Shown here piece by piece: positions 1 to 11,399 of a stretch of 64,000 bases of DNA. This DNA is from Podarcis erhardii (lineage: Eukaryota), in assembly GCA_964252035.1 (NCBI GenBank), contig OZ176206.1. The stretch is one strand, 5' to 3'. The translations under genes were made by a program, and so were the position numbers. The first letter of the stretch is position 1. Every line of letters begins with the position of its first letter. The notes under the pieces are model-generated. The model searched no databases, had not been told where the DNA came from, and worked only from the letters and a program-made list of their open reading frames with translations.

Positions 1-282
1 CACCAATCTGGTGCCCCCCAGATATTCTAGACTACAGCTGTCACCAGCTCAGCCATGCTGGCCAGCGCTGATAGACGTTTCATTCCTAATCATCTGGAGT
101 GTGCCAGGTTGGCGAAGCCTGGTTGAGAACCACAGAATTTTAGACCTGGATCAAACTGCCTCATCAAACTGCCTGCCCAATGCCACCCCTGCTGGGTGGA
201 GCAGCAGGCTTTATTCCACTGTTAGGATGACAGATGGTGGGGGATACAGGTTGGAGCATGCCCCAGGACTGGGCCCGTTTTG

Positions 283-560
283 CTCAGCATGAGACTTGTA
301 ATCTTAGGGTTGTGCGTTTGAGTCCCATGTTCGAGTTTCCATGCATTCCTGCATTGCAAGAGGTTGAACTAGATCAGTCATAGGCAAACTCGGCCCTCCA
401 GATGTTTTTGGCCTACAACTCCCATCATCCCTAGCTAACATGACCAGTGGTCAGGGATGATGGGAATTATAGTCTCAAAACATCTGAATTATAGTCTCAA
501 AACATTTGCCTGTGCCTGAACTAGATGACCCTTGTGGTCCCTTCCAACTCTATGATTCCT
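283..560 (+). mobile_element. tRNA-derived SINE with CR1-like 3' tail, interrupted by a hAT MITE
   Basis: Head gcatgagacttgtaatcttagggttgtgcgtttgagtccc (tRNA-like B box); tail ctagatgacccttgtggtcccttccaactctatgattc. Another tail copy lies at about 63115-63190. Confidence 0.65.
375..518. mobile_element. hAT-type palindromic MITE (136-bp family)
   Basis: TIRs CAG(T)CATAGGCAAA/TTTGCCTGTGCCTG; 8-bp TSD aactagat at 367-374 and 519-526; internal 20-bp duplication gaattatagtctcaaaacat. Confidence 0.85.
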
Positions 561-1543
561 CTAAGAGAGGAGGGATGTATAGGCACCAATGCAGGCAGCT
601 CTTTTTTCAAATTTCCTCCAGCATTTGTGAATTCCAGATTATTATTTTGTTGTGCTATTGATGTAGATGCCACACAGCAGGAAGAGAAAGGAAGGCATTG
701 CCTAGCCTCCGAGGAGCTTAGAACACAAAGAGAGTTCATTCCAAGCCAACTCAACTTAGTAAACACAGGAGCATAGGAAGTTGCCTTATACCAGAGCAGT
801 CTATCCTAGCTCAGTATTGTTGACATGGGGTGTGTGTGCTTGTGGCGCTCCAGGTGCTGTTGGATTGCTAATCCCATCAATGCCAACCATTGGTCATGTT
901 GGCTGGGACTAATGGGAATCCAACACCATCTGAAGGGCCACAGGTTCCACGTCCCTGTTTTAATCCATTTTAGTAAAAGCCAGAACAGCCACTCATGCAG
1001 AGACACAGTAGTGAGCCTCCTTTTTCTGGATGGTTCTCCCAGTTCCCAGGTAATTTTAATACAGGGATGAGGAACCTCCTATCATCCCTGAACTGTTGGC
1101 CATGCTGGCTTAGGCTGATGGGATTTGGAGTCTAACAACATGGTCTACGTCTACTGGCAGGAGTTATCCAGAGGTTTCTGAGCAGAGGTTTCTGTGGGCA
1201 AAGTATGTGCCCTACCACAGGGGTGGGGAACCACCTAAAGCCTGAAGGCCACATTGCCTGATCGACAACCTTCAAGGGATGTGTGCAGGACACTGGCAGG
1301 TGGGACCAGGGACAAAAGCAGTTGGGCCAACAGTGAGATGTCTTACCTTTGCAGAAGAGACTCCATTCCAACCACTCAAAAGGCAGAGGTTTAGAACATA
1401 AGACGAACCTGCAGGATCAGGCCAGTGGCCCATCTAGTCCAGCATCTTGTTCTCACAGTGGCCAAACATTGTGGCTCGTAGCCATGGAGAGCCTTCTCCG
1501 TGAATACAATGGTAACCCACAGCGCCACCCACGTCCCTGAATA

Positions 1544-1769
1544 CAGTGGTACCTCGGGTTTCATATGCTTCAGGTTACAGACTCCGCTAACCCAGAAATA
1601 GTACCTCAGGTTAAGAACTTTGCTTCAGGATGAGAACAGAAATTGTGCTTTGGCGGTGCCGCAGCAGCAGGAGGCCTCATTAGCTAAAGTATTACTACAG
1701 GTTAAGAACAGTTTCAGGTTAAGAACGGACCTCTGGAATGAATTAAGTATGTAACCAGAGGTACCACTG
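1544..1769. mobile_element. Tc1/mariner (Tigger-like) MITE
   Basis: TIRs CAGTGGTACCTC/GAGGTACCACTG with TA TSD; inserted in a CR1 3' fragment. Confidence 0.88.
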
Positions 1770-2853
1770 TATATCTAATCCTCTTCTAGAGCCATCCAAG
1801 TTGGTAGCCATTGCTGCCTTCTGTGGGAGCAAATTCCATAGTTTTAACTGTGAAGAAATACTTTCTCTGTCCCAACTCTTCCAACATTCAGCTTCCACGA
1901 ATTCTAGCATTACAAGAGAGGGAGAAGAATTTTCCTCTATTCACTTTCCATGCCATGCAGGATTTTATAATACTTATACAAACAAATCACTCTCTTTCTC
2001 CATCCAGGCAATGCAAGAGGCACCAGAGTTCAGGGACTCTATTCCAGCCACGCAAAAGCCTTTAAGGAAGATGTGAAGCAGGGCTGGGAAAGGGTGTCAC
2101 CTGGGGAGTCCTGAGGGCCAGACTGAGAGAGCTAGGGGGCCACATTTGGGCCCTGGGCCTCACCTCCACTATTCCTGCTCTATACCACAAAGCTGCAGGC
2201 CCACAAGCCAGTGGGAGGCAGCCTGTAGGATTGAGGAACTGGATCCGTGTCTTACAGCAAGAGCAGAGAAAGGGGTTTGCAGCACCTGAATAGTGCTGCT
2301 TGCTTTCGTTATTAAAATGTTTGCATCTCACCTTCCCATCAGTACCCCTTACGGCACCAAATTAAAAATCTAAAAGCAAGCTAAGTAAAACAAAAAACAA
2401 AAAAACCCACACAAATTAAAGCAATTAAGAAGACAGCCAACAACAGATGGGATTAAAGCAAACAATAACTCAGCAGAAAGAACAATGGGGTTGCAATCTT
2501 ATGCACGCTTCCAGCAGGTCCTGTTGAGCTCAGCTGGGTTTCCAAACAGACGTGCATAAGAAGAGCCCTGAGGCTAATTCAGGCCAAAGGCCCACTTGGT
2601 CCTGTGTCTTGTTCTTGCAGTGGCCTTCCAGATACCTATCAGAAGCTTGTAAGCAGGTCCTGAGCACTGAGCACAAGAGCAGCACTCTCTGCGCTTGAGA
2701 CTCTGAGGCTGCCACTGAGAGTGGGAGTAATACATAGCCATCCTAGCTAGTAGCCATTAATAGCTTATTCCTCATGAATTTGTCTAATTTTAAAGTTATC
2801 CAAGTTAGTGGCCGTCACTGACTCCTTCTGATCCATAGTTTAACTATGAAGTA

Positions 2854-4830
2854 CAGTGGTACCTCGGGTTACATACGCTTCAGGTTACATACGCTTCAGG
2901 TTACAGACTCTGCTAACCCAGAAATAATACCTTGGGTTAGGAACTTTGCTTCAGTATGAGAACAGAAATTGTGCTCTGGCGGCGCAGCTAAAGTAGTGCT
3001 TCAGGTTAAGAACAGTTTCAGGTTAAGAACAGACCTCCGGAGGACTTCCGGGTTGGCGCCAGCGCCGAATGGCGGACTCCCTCCGAGCTCCGGAGGGAGT
3101 CTGCTCGGCAGGGGCTGGGTCCTACCGCACCGGCGATGCGGGGACCCTTAAAAACCACGGCCAGAGGAGGCCGTGGACATGGAGACTCGGCTGGCACCGT
3201 TAGCGCCCTCCCGACTCGTGAAGGAGCCTTTTTAAAGGCTCCGGATCGGGTGCCGGGGAGAAGCGTGGTGCCTGAGTTCTCTGCTATCCCTGCCGAGCGC
3301 AGCCGCATGCCATCCGGCGGAGAGCGCTGACTTCTTCTATTGAAAATTTGGATCTAAAAGAAGAACCCGTGAGTAATTGGAATATGGACAAAAAAAAAAG
3401 GGGACAAATTTTTAAAAATTTGGAGCGAACGGGGGAGGTGGAAAAAAGGAAGTCAGCCCCCCCCGAAATTGTAGAAGAGCCAAAACAAAGGAATGGATAA
3501 CTAAGATCGAGAGTAACCTTATTTCACTGAATTAGCAACTTCGCGAGGGAAATTTATAAGATTGAGCCGGAGGAGAAAAGTGGAATTTGTATTAAAAAGC
3601 AACCCCCCCCCCCCGGAATCCCTGGAGCGATTCGTGAAAATGCCTGGAGAAGAGTAACGGAGGTTTTGACAGGTTTTGACAGCTGTCAAGGAGCTGTCAA
3701 AACGGAAGAATGTAACAGAGACTTGGTTATGGACTTTGCCGGTTACATTTGATATAAGTTGGGTATAAATTGTTTCAAATTGTTTAAATAAGGATAAACA
3801 AGCTATTTGGACTGGTGGATGGGCTTTGGAAGGGAACTTTGTTACGGGAATCCACCTAGAGGAGCTGAGGGATATTGCATGTGTTTTTGACAGGAAACAT
3901 GTGCAGTTGATTAGAACTTTTAATCTCCTGGGAAACTGCAGAAATGGAACACTATTTTGTCTACAGAGGTCTACACACTATAGGAAACAATGGAACTATC
4001 TGTTGGAAAATGAAAGGATCATGATGTAATGTTTTGTTCCTGAACAACAAGCCTCTGCAGGGATATTAGAAACTTTTGGAGAAAGAACATTTCTGTGGGA
4101 GAACAGAGAAACAAAAAGGAGGAGAATGGCCGACAAGAACAAGGAAATAACAAGAACTGGACAGAAATGGGAAAGGGGATATTTGGGATATCCAGATTTG
4201 ACAAGCTTATGGTTTTAAAATTGGAGTTTTTACTCCTGGATATAAAAATCTGGATAGAAGAAATGGACCCTCTTCTCGTTAGACTTCTTTTAGGATTGGA
4301 CATTCGTAATTTAATGATTGGACATTTGCAATTAATAAGACTGGCAAAGAATCAGAGGGATGTGGGTTTAACGCAATGTGGGAACTCCAGGAAGATATTA
4401 GAGATGGAGGGTTAGGAGGAACGTAACAGGGAAAAAGGGGAGGGAAAGTTGGAATCCAAAGGTTGTAAAATTATTATTTAATTCTATGTTGTTGTTTTTT
4501 TTGTTTTTTGTTTTTTTTTTTTGGGTATTATGTTTGAAAGGGGGAAACTCGTGGAAGGGAATAGATCGATCTTAGGGGGATGGGAATTACGCTAAACTGG
4601 GTAATGGAGGATGATTGCAATTTGGGGATAAGAATTTGTTGAACCTAATTGTTTATTTGGAAGATTTGGAATACATGAGGGGGTGGGGAGGGGAAGTCCT
4701 AGTTATTGGAAAAAGTTTTTAAATTGGATTTAATTTGTTTTAATTTGGAAAACCTTAATAAAAATTATTTAAAAAAAAAAAAAGAACAGACCTCCGGAAC
4801 GAATTAAGCACTTAACCTGAGGTACCACTG
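2854..4830. mobile_element. Tc1/mariner MITE split in two (2854-3041 and 4782-4830) by an L1-like insertion
   Basis: Left TIR at 2854 and right TIR ending at 4830, both flanked by TA. The joined halves match the intact copies at 1544 and 29230. Confidence 0.9.
3042..4781 (+). mobile_element. 1.74-kb L1-like non-LTR retroelement with both ends but no long ORF
   Basis: 17-bp TSD aagaacagacctccgga (3025-3041 and 4782-4798); TT|AAGA target site; CpG-rich 5' end GGACTTCCGGGTTGGCGCC; AATAAA at 4757-4762 followed by poly(A). Confidence 0.8.
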
Positions 4831-6682
4831 TACTTTCTTTCATCTGGCTTGAATCTTACAACATTCAGCTTTGCTGGACATCCCTGAGTTCTAGTATCAC
4901 AAGAGAAAGAGAGAAAACTTCTCCTCTGTCCACTTTCTCCACCACCCCTATCATGTCCTCTCTTGCTCACCTCGTCTCTAAGCTAAGAAGCCCCAGACAT
5001 TGTGACCTTGCCCCATAGAGGAGTTGCTCCACCCCCCTGGAACTATTTGGTGGCTCTCCATGCTCATTTCTGAACTTTTTATTGCTCTGTATGCATCCGC
5101 TTGCAACCCACAGGCATTCTTAGAAAGCTGCATTCTGGGTATTCAAAATGCGAGCAGCGAGTTTGAACAACTGGGCCTCTCTAGGGCAGATGTCCCACAT
5201 TTCTGGTGACTCAAAATACTGGGGAAAGTTCAATTATCTTTATTTTGTCTGCCCTGTTTATCCCTGCCTCCTTTCCCTCCTGGTGTTACCCTGTGTCAAA
5301 ATTTAGGCTCCAAACCTTTCAATGTAGGAGCTGACCTCTTATATTTTGTAAAGTGGCGCACACAATAAATAAAGTAATCACAATGCGGGGTTTTGTTGAC
5401 TTGCTGGAGCCCAAAGCAGCCTGCTCTGTAGGCCTGCCAACGCCTTGATCCTCCCTGTGCATGGCTTAGGGCACCTGTTGCCTTTGCCCAATTATGTGGA
5501 CTGATTTTAAGCACCAGTTTGGATTTGAAGGCCTTTGGTTCTATGAAATGCCACACTGAACCCAACGGCTGGCATTGGAAGCTACCTGTGTTAGCAACAG
5601 AGAGGGTGATTAATTTTGTGGTTTGCGTCATGTCCTTTGAAACAACCAGGACTATTTTTAGGACGGCTTGGTTTGAGGGCTGCAAAAAAGAGATAGCGGA
5701 TTTGCTTCCATAGTACACTATAGACTTGAGCTTTCAACCAAGATGGAAGGCTTAGCTGTTCAACATTACCTGAACCAAACAAGCAGACCTGATGGGTAAT
5801 ATTAGGACTGTGGGGCTAGAACATGCTGAATAACAGAATAATAAACTGCCTCTGAGCGTGTGCAGAATATATTTCCATCGTTAATGACTGTGCATGGTAA
5901 AGCTAAACTATGGTTTTAGATAAATCACAGCTTGTTGTGACTCCTAACCCAGACAAACAGTGGTTAATCTTAATTGTAGATTACAAAGATGGCTTGTTTC
6001 AACAATGCATATTTAAGATTAGCCACAGTTTAGAGCTCAGAGGGCACACTAAACTGTGGCTCATTTAAAATAGAAATGGAAGCTTCCAATCTCTTCCTTG
6101 CAGTCAAACTGAAGAAGGGGAAGCCCAAGTCTTGCTGCAGCTTCTAATGCTAAATTATAGTTTAGCACAATCTTGCATTTAACAGCTCACCTAGTACCAC
6201 AGACAACCAGGAATTTCATGCAGGTGAGTGAGGAGGCTGGCAGAGGACAGACAGATCAAGCCATCCACCAGTCTGCTTGACTTCCCAGCTAGACACAGTG
6301 GACGGAAAGCATCATAATACACAACACACATGAAAATACAGTGGGCTAGTGAAAGAAGCATGGGTTGCTTTCTCTCTTTTCTGCTAGCTCCCTTGCAAAA
6401 TGGTTGTTTTGTTTGTTTTTAAGTAGCCTAAGAGTAGGTATGTTTACTGACCAGAGTTCATAAGTAATTTCCAGGTTCTTCCCCACTTCCCAGGCTATAA
6501 AGTAGTTGAGGGTTAAAAACCAAAAAAGAAGAAAAAGTTTACTAAGTGTGAGGTGTTGGGTGTGGGGTTTTTTTTTAAAAAAGAGAGAGTTCTGTATCTC
6601 TGCATGAGTTGCCATTCTGGGTACTACATTCCTGCTTGAAAATGTTACTCATACAAAGGTGCTGTGGGCAGCCTCATCTGAG

Positions 6683-6933
6683 AGAAGAAGAAGAGTTTGG
6701 ATTTGGTATCCCGCTTTATCACTACCCTAAGGAGTCTCAAAGTGGCTAACATTCTCCTTTCCCTTCCTCCCCCACAACAAACACTCTGTGAGGTGAGTGG
6801 GGCTGAGAGACTTCAAAGAAGTGTGACTAGCCCAAGGTCACCCAGCAGCTGCCTGTGGAGGAGCGGAGACGCGAACCCGGTTCACCAGATTACAAGACTA
6901 CCGCTCTTAATCACTATACCACACCACACTGGC
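6683..6933 (-). mobile_element. tRNA-derived SINE, Squam3-like, with (CTT)n tail
   Basis: Minus strand begins gccagtgtggtgtggtatagtgattaagagcggtag and ends aaactcttcttcttct. A 5'-truncated + strand copy lies at about 55338-55518. Confidence 0.75.
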
Positions 6934-7317
6934 AGGTCATTCCATAGCACCTCTGCTTTGGCAGTGACCGAATAGTGCCTAGACAGAACCAAAGGATGCC
7001 CTAAGGAGGAGGGTTGGAAAGAGGTTCAGAACAGTGACTCTCCAGAGGCATCTGGCATTGGAAACACAGGCTTTATATGCAAGACTAATTTAATGTGAAC
7101 ATGCTAACACAGCCATTGAGTAATGATAATCTTTAGTCATGCTGGGTACAGTGGGCAGGATTTTCAGGTCAAAAGGTCTGCCTTGCAGCAGATCTTAGCC
7201 TGTGCACCTGTTGGTTATAGATATAGTCCCTTAGGAGCACCTGTTAATAGAGGGTGAACAGCTTCTAGCCTAACCCTGTCCAATATATGCCACTTTAGAA
7301 GCTTGCTAGCCAAATTT

Positions 7318-7647
7318 AAAGGTAAAGGTAAAGGGACCCCTGACCATTAGGTCCAGTCGTGACCAACTCTGGGGTTGCAGTGCTCATCGCGCTTTTTTGG
7401 CTGAGGGAGCCAGCATGACTAAGCTGCTTCTGGTGAACCAGAGCAGCGCACGGAAACGCCATTTACCTTCCCTCCGGAGCGGTACCTATTTATCTACTTG
7501 CACTTTGATGTGCTTTCGAACTGCTAGGTTGGCAGGAGCAGGGACCGAGCAACGGGAGCTCACCCTGCTGCGGGGATTCGAACCGCCAACCTTCTGATCA
7601 GCAAGTCCTAGGCTCTGTGGTTTAACCCACAGTGCCACCCGCGTCCC
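7318..7647 (-). mobile_element. Sauria SINE (Squam1/POM type)
   Basis: Head GGGACGCGGGTGGCACTGTGGGTTAAACC and (ACCTTT)n tail; diverged TSD tagccaa(a/g)ttta; small internal deletion relative to the copy at 20320. Confidence 0.9.
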
Positions 7648-8629
7648 TTGTAGCCAAGTTTAGATGGCTTTAAAAGGGAATTAGATAAAAGATTTAGTGA
7701 TGTGTATGTACAGATCTGCTCTTTATTGTTATATCAACAAAGTTTAGATCCCCCTCCTAGCAATAAAAGATTCATATATGCTAGAACATTAATCCAAAGT
7801 GAATTCTCCTGGAGAGAGTTTTTGCATTGGTGGCTCTGAAGTTCAACCTTTTAAAAAGACAAAAGGCTTTAATTTAAGAAGGGATGGGGGAAGGGATTGA
7901 GGACTTTAAAGCGTTCATATGTTACCCTTAAGCCAAATAGTTCCCAGGGCACTTCACCATTAAAAAAAAAATCAATACAAAATTGCATGTAAACGGACAT
8001 GAAACAACTAGCTGTTAATGACAGCAGATTAATATGGTTTAAAAGTCATTCCCAAGTTGCTCCTAGGCAACCCACTATGTCCCACTTCCTTAACTATTAT
8101 TAGTTGAAAAAATGTTTGCTTAGGACAATAACTGTTTTGCATCTTACATTATTGAATAGAAGAGTTCCTTGTTCAGAGTTGCCATGGGCAGGCTCTCTTG
8201 AAAGCATGCCACTCCATAGCATCTCTGCTTTGGCAGTGAATGAATGAGCCAAGACAGAACCCAATGGTGCCCAGAGGAGACAGATTCAAAAAAAGTGTGC
8301 TCAGAACAGTGACTCTCTCAGAGCTACAACGATTACTTTCTTGGGGTATAGGTTCATTAGGGCTCTCAGAATCCTTTAATTGTTGCTTTGATTTATTTCT
8401 CACGGAAAGCCAGGCACTTCTCTTGTAACAAACAACTGTGCTCAGGATGATGGGTAAGGGTGAGGAATCCTTTTCACTCTTAGGGCTGCATTTCCTCTTG
8501 GAAAGCCTTTAAGAAGACGAGGACGGAATGTCTGAAAAGATGCTACCTCCAACAGAGCTTGGAGTTTCATGAACGAACTGGGATCTCAAAGCAAAGTCTG
8601 TTCCTAGTGAGGCTATAGGCTTCACACAG

Positions 8630-9035
8630 AGGGTAAGGAACAGGAACTGAGTCAGACCATTGGACCCATCTAGCTCAATATTGTCAACACTGACTGGTAG
8701 CTGCTCTTCAGGGTTTCAGGCAGGGAGTCTTCTTTCCTATCCCTACTAGGAGATGCCAAGGATTGAACCCAGGACCTTCTGCATGCAAAACTGCTGCTGT
8801 ACTGTTGAGCCACGGCCCTTCCCTTAAGACACAGGAACATAGGAAGCCTCCTTATACTGAATCATGCCATTGGCCCATCAGCCTTAGTATTGTCTACACT
8901 GACTGGCAGCTGCTCTCCAGGGTTTCAGGCAGGGCATCTTTCCCAGCCAATGCTCCCAGAGATACGATTGGGGATTGAACCTGAGACCTTCTGCATGCAA
9001 AGCAGATGCTCTGCTTCCGAGCTATGACCTTTTCT
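8630..9035 (-). mobile_element. Two head-to-tail copies of a tRNA(Ala)-headed SINE with CR1-like tail
   Basis: Each copy reads ...tttgcatgcagaaggtc...ttcaatcc...aaaccctg...cagtcagtgt...caatactgagctagatgg on the minus strand. Further copies at about 19180-19310, 36620-36740, 39670-39770, 42460-42650, 48235-48410 and 51555-51660. Confidence 0.7.
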
Positions 9036-9197
9036 CTTGATTTGTGCCCAGAGACAATTTGTTTATGTTCTGCATTCTCAGGATTGCTGAACACATTGTC
9101 TTAAAAGATCCTGTGTATAGGTGACTGTGCAGTGTGGCAGCCTTCCCTTCAACTTGAAGAACTGTGGTCCTATCAGCCAGCCCTTGGGTCTGCGACT

Positions 9198-10262
9198 GCT
9201 GCTGTTGAATGCCAGATTGGCTGGGAACCCATGACTTGATTGTAGATGGGAAGGCTGATCTGGCCTGCATCACTGAGACCTGGGTGGGTGAACAGGGAGG
9301 AGTTGGTTTTACCCAGTTGTGCCCACCTGGCTACTCAGTACAGCATTAGGGCAGACTTGAGGACCAGGGAGGGGGTTGCTGTGGTCTATAGAGATTCTCT
9401 CTGTGTGTCTCTATCCAGGTTTTCTGTCCCACTGAATGGGGATCTTGAGTGTGTGTTCCTGGTGTTGGGTAGGTAATTGGGACAGATTAGAGATTCTCCT
9501 GGTTTACTGACCACCTTGGTGTCCTTCAGTCTCCATGACGGAGCTGATCTTGGCGGCAGTGCTTGAAGACTCCTAGACTGATGGTTCTGGGGGACTTCAA
9601 CATCCATGCTGAGGCAGTTGGCTCTGGGGTGGCTCAGGACTTCATGGCTGTCGTGACAACCATTGCACATCCTCACTATACCATCTGGCAGAGCTTTTCC
9701 GGGTCTTCAGCACACTGGCCCAAAAGTGGTGGCAGAACGCTAGGCATTTTGAGGATAAAATTCCTTGCATCCATCAGGACCTTAGCTCTACTGTTACAGC
9801 AATTGACTCTCAAGAGATACACAGAGCACTGCCTAATCCTGTTTTGTTGGTTGAATTTCATTGATCTGGCTCGAGGATGTTGGCAAGGCGCTTGGATCGG
9901 CACAATCGATTACCTGTGCTCTGGACCCTTACCCTTCTTGGCTGATAAAATCCAGCAGGAAGGAGACAGCTGTCAGGGCTAGGGAGGTGGTCAATACCTC
10001 TTTACAAGAGAGGATAGTTCCTGCCTGTTTCAAGGAGGCAGTGATCGCTTCTTAAGAAACCATCCCTAGATTCTGAGAACTTTGGGAATTACCAGCCAGT
10101 TGCCAACCTCCCTTTCTTGGACAAGGTTCTTGAGCGGGTGGCTGCTAACCAGATCCAGGTGTTCTTGGAGGAGACGGATTTTCTCCTTGATCGGTTGGTG
10201 GCTTTTGATGCCATCAACCACTGTATCCTCCTGGAGAGGCTATCTGAGTTGGGAGTTGGGTG
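9198..10262 (+). mobile_element. Degenerate L2 LINE ORF2 (APE endonuclease + RT remnants), internally deleted
   Basis: Frame-shifted motifs in order: LLLNAR, LACITETW, VLGDFNIH, LDPYPSWLIK, FKEAVI, NYQPVANLPFLDKVLERV, AFDAINHCILLERL. Confidence 0.85.
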
Positions 10263-10299
10263 GCAGTGGTGGGTGTTACTATAATTAAATATACAAATA

Positions 10300-10525
10300 G
10301 ATTGGTACCTCGGGTTAAGTACTTAATTCATTCTGGAGGTCCGTTCTTAACCTGAAACTGTTCTTAACCTGAAGCACCACTTTAGCTAATGGGGCCTCCC
10401 GCTGCCGCTGCGCCGCCGGAGCACGATTTCTGTTCTCATCCTGAAGCAAAGTTCTTAACCTGAAGCACTATTTCTGGGTTAGCAGAGTATGTAACCTGAA
10501 GCGTATGTAACCCGAGATACCACTA
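10300..10525. mobile_element. Tc1/mariner MITE, opposite orientation to the copy at 1544
   Basis: Degenerate TIRs gattggtacctc/gagataccacta with flanking TA. Confidence 0.85.
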
Positions 10526-10775
10526 TAGACCATGCAAATGCTAGGATGTTTCAGGACCCAGGATAGCTCCTGCACATGAAAGAGGTTGTCCCTATGAAAG
10601 TCTAAGCCCAGTTGAGAGTCCTTCCACCGTTATGCACACCCTTATGATTTGACCAGTTCCTGGGCCCTCTACCAAAGCTTTGATACAACGCTATTGAATG
10701 GTTGAAACTATTGTAATTGTCCCATCTAGCTTGTACAGTAGGACCTTTGGGAGAGTGCACTGCTTAAGATGGTTG

Positions 10776-10874
10776 CTCCTTGCCCCCAAGTCTTACCCCC
10801 TGCACGGCTGAGAGGTGGGAACTACTCCTTGCCCCCAAGTCACTACCCCCTGCACGGCTGAGAGGTGGGAACTA
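10776..10874. repeat. Two-copy tandem duplication (49-50-bp unit)
   Basis: ctccttgcccccaagtc(t/ac)tacccc(c)tgcacggctgagaggtgggaacta x2. Confidence 0.95.
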
Positions 10875-11399
10875 CTCTGAGGGGTCTGCAGGAAGGCCAG
10901 CACATGGGGGCTGTGAAATCTCCTAGCCAGATGACCGCGAGTCAGTGATGTTGCCATAGTGGAATCTTTTGGAAAGGCTAGGATGGGGATGGGGAACCTT
11001 CTCCAGCTGAGGGGCCATATTCCCTTCTGAGGGACTTTCCAGGAGCCGGTGGTGGGTGGAGCCAGAGGCAAAAGTGGGTGCAGCAACAAATGTTTTTTGT
11101 TTTACCTTCATATAGGAGGCTACTTTCTTCACCCACATTCCTCCATCCAGACAAAAGGCGGGAACAGAGTTCAATAACACATTCTAGCTGGGCAAAAACA
11201 AAGAGGGTGCAAAGTCAGGCTGGTGAGGGATGTGGCCTGGGGACAATTTTAAGGGCCAGTTAGAGAGGTCTGGAGGACTGCATTTGGCCCCCAGGCCTAA
11301 GGTTCCCCACTCAGGGGGCATTTAGGGAGCCGAAAAATACATTTTATCCCCCACCCTGAAAAAGTCTCACCTGCTGAAATCAGGCTGCTGGAGGGGAGC

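Larger units (their letters stand above)
2560..5200 (-). mobile_element. CR1 LINE 3' fragment hosting the nested MITE and L1-like insertion (CR1 parts about 2560-2853 and 4831-5200)
   Basis: CR1 3'-type sequence (ataagaagagccc...gtggcc; tccatagtttaact) resumes after the MITE's TA TSD at 4831 (ctggcttgaatct...acattcagctt). Confidence 0.7.

Noticed and set aside
1340-1380. Minus-strand donor-like aggtaag with a short upstream exon, as a possible NOC2L exon
   Set aside because: No frame resembles NOC2L, and the site sits between hAT and CR1 fragments.
4095-4415. 106-aa ORF inside the L1-like insert as a novel gene
   Set aside because: It lies within a TSD-flanked retroelement, is short and has no domain; probably degenerate element sequence.
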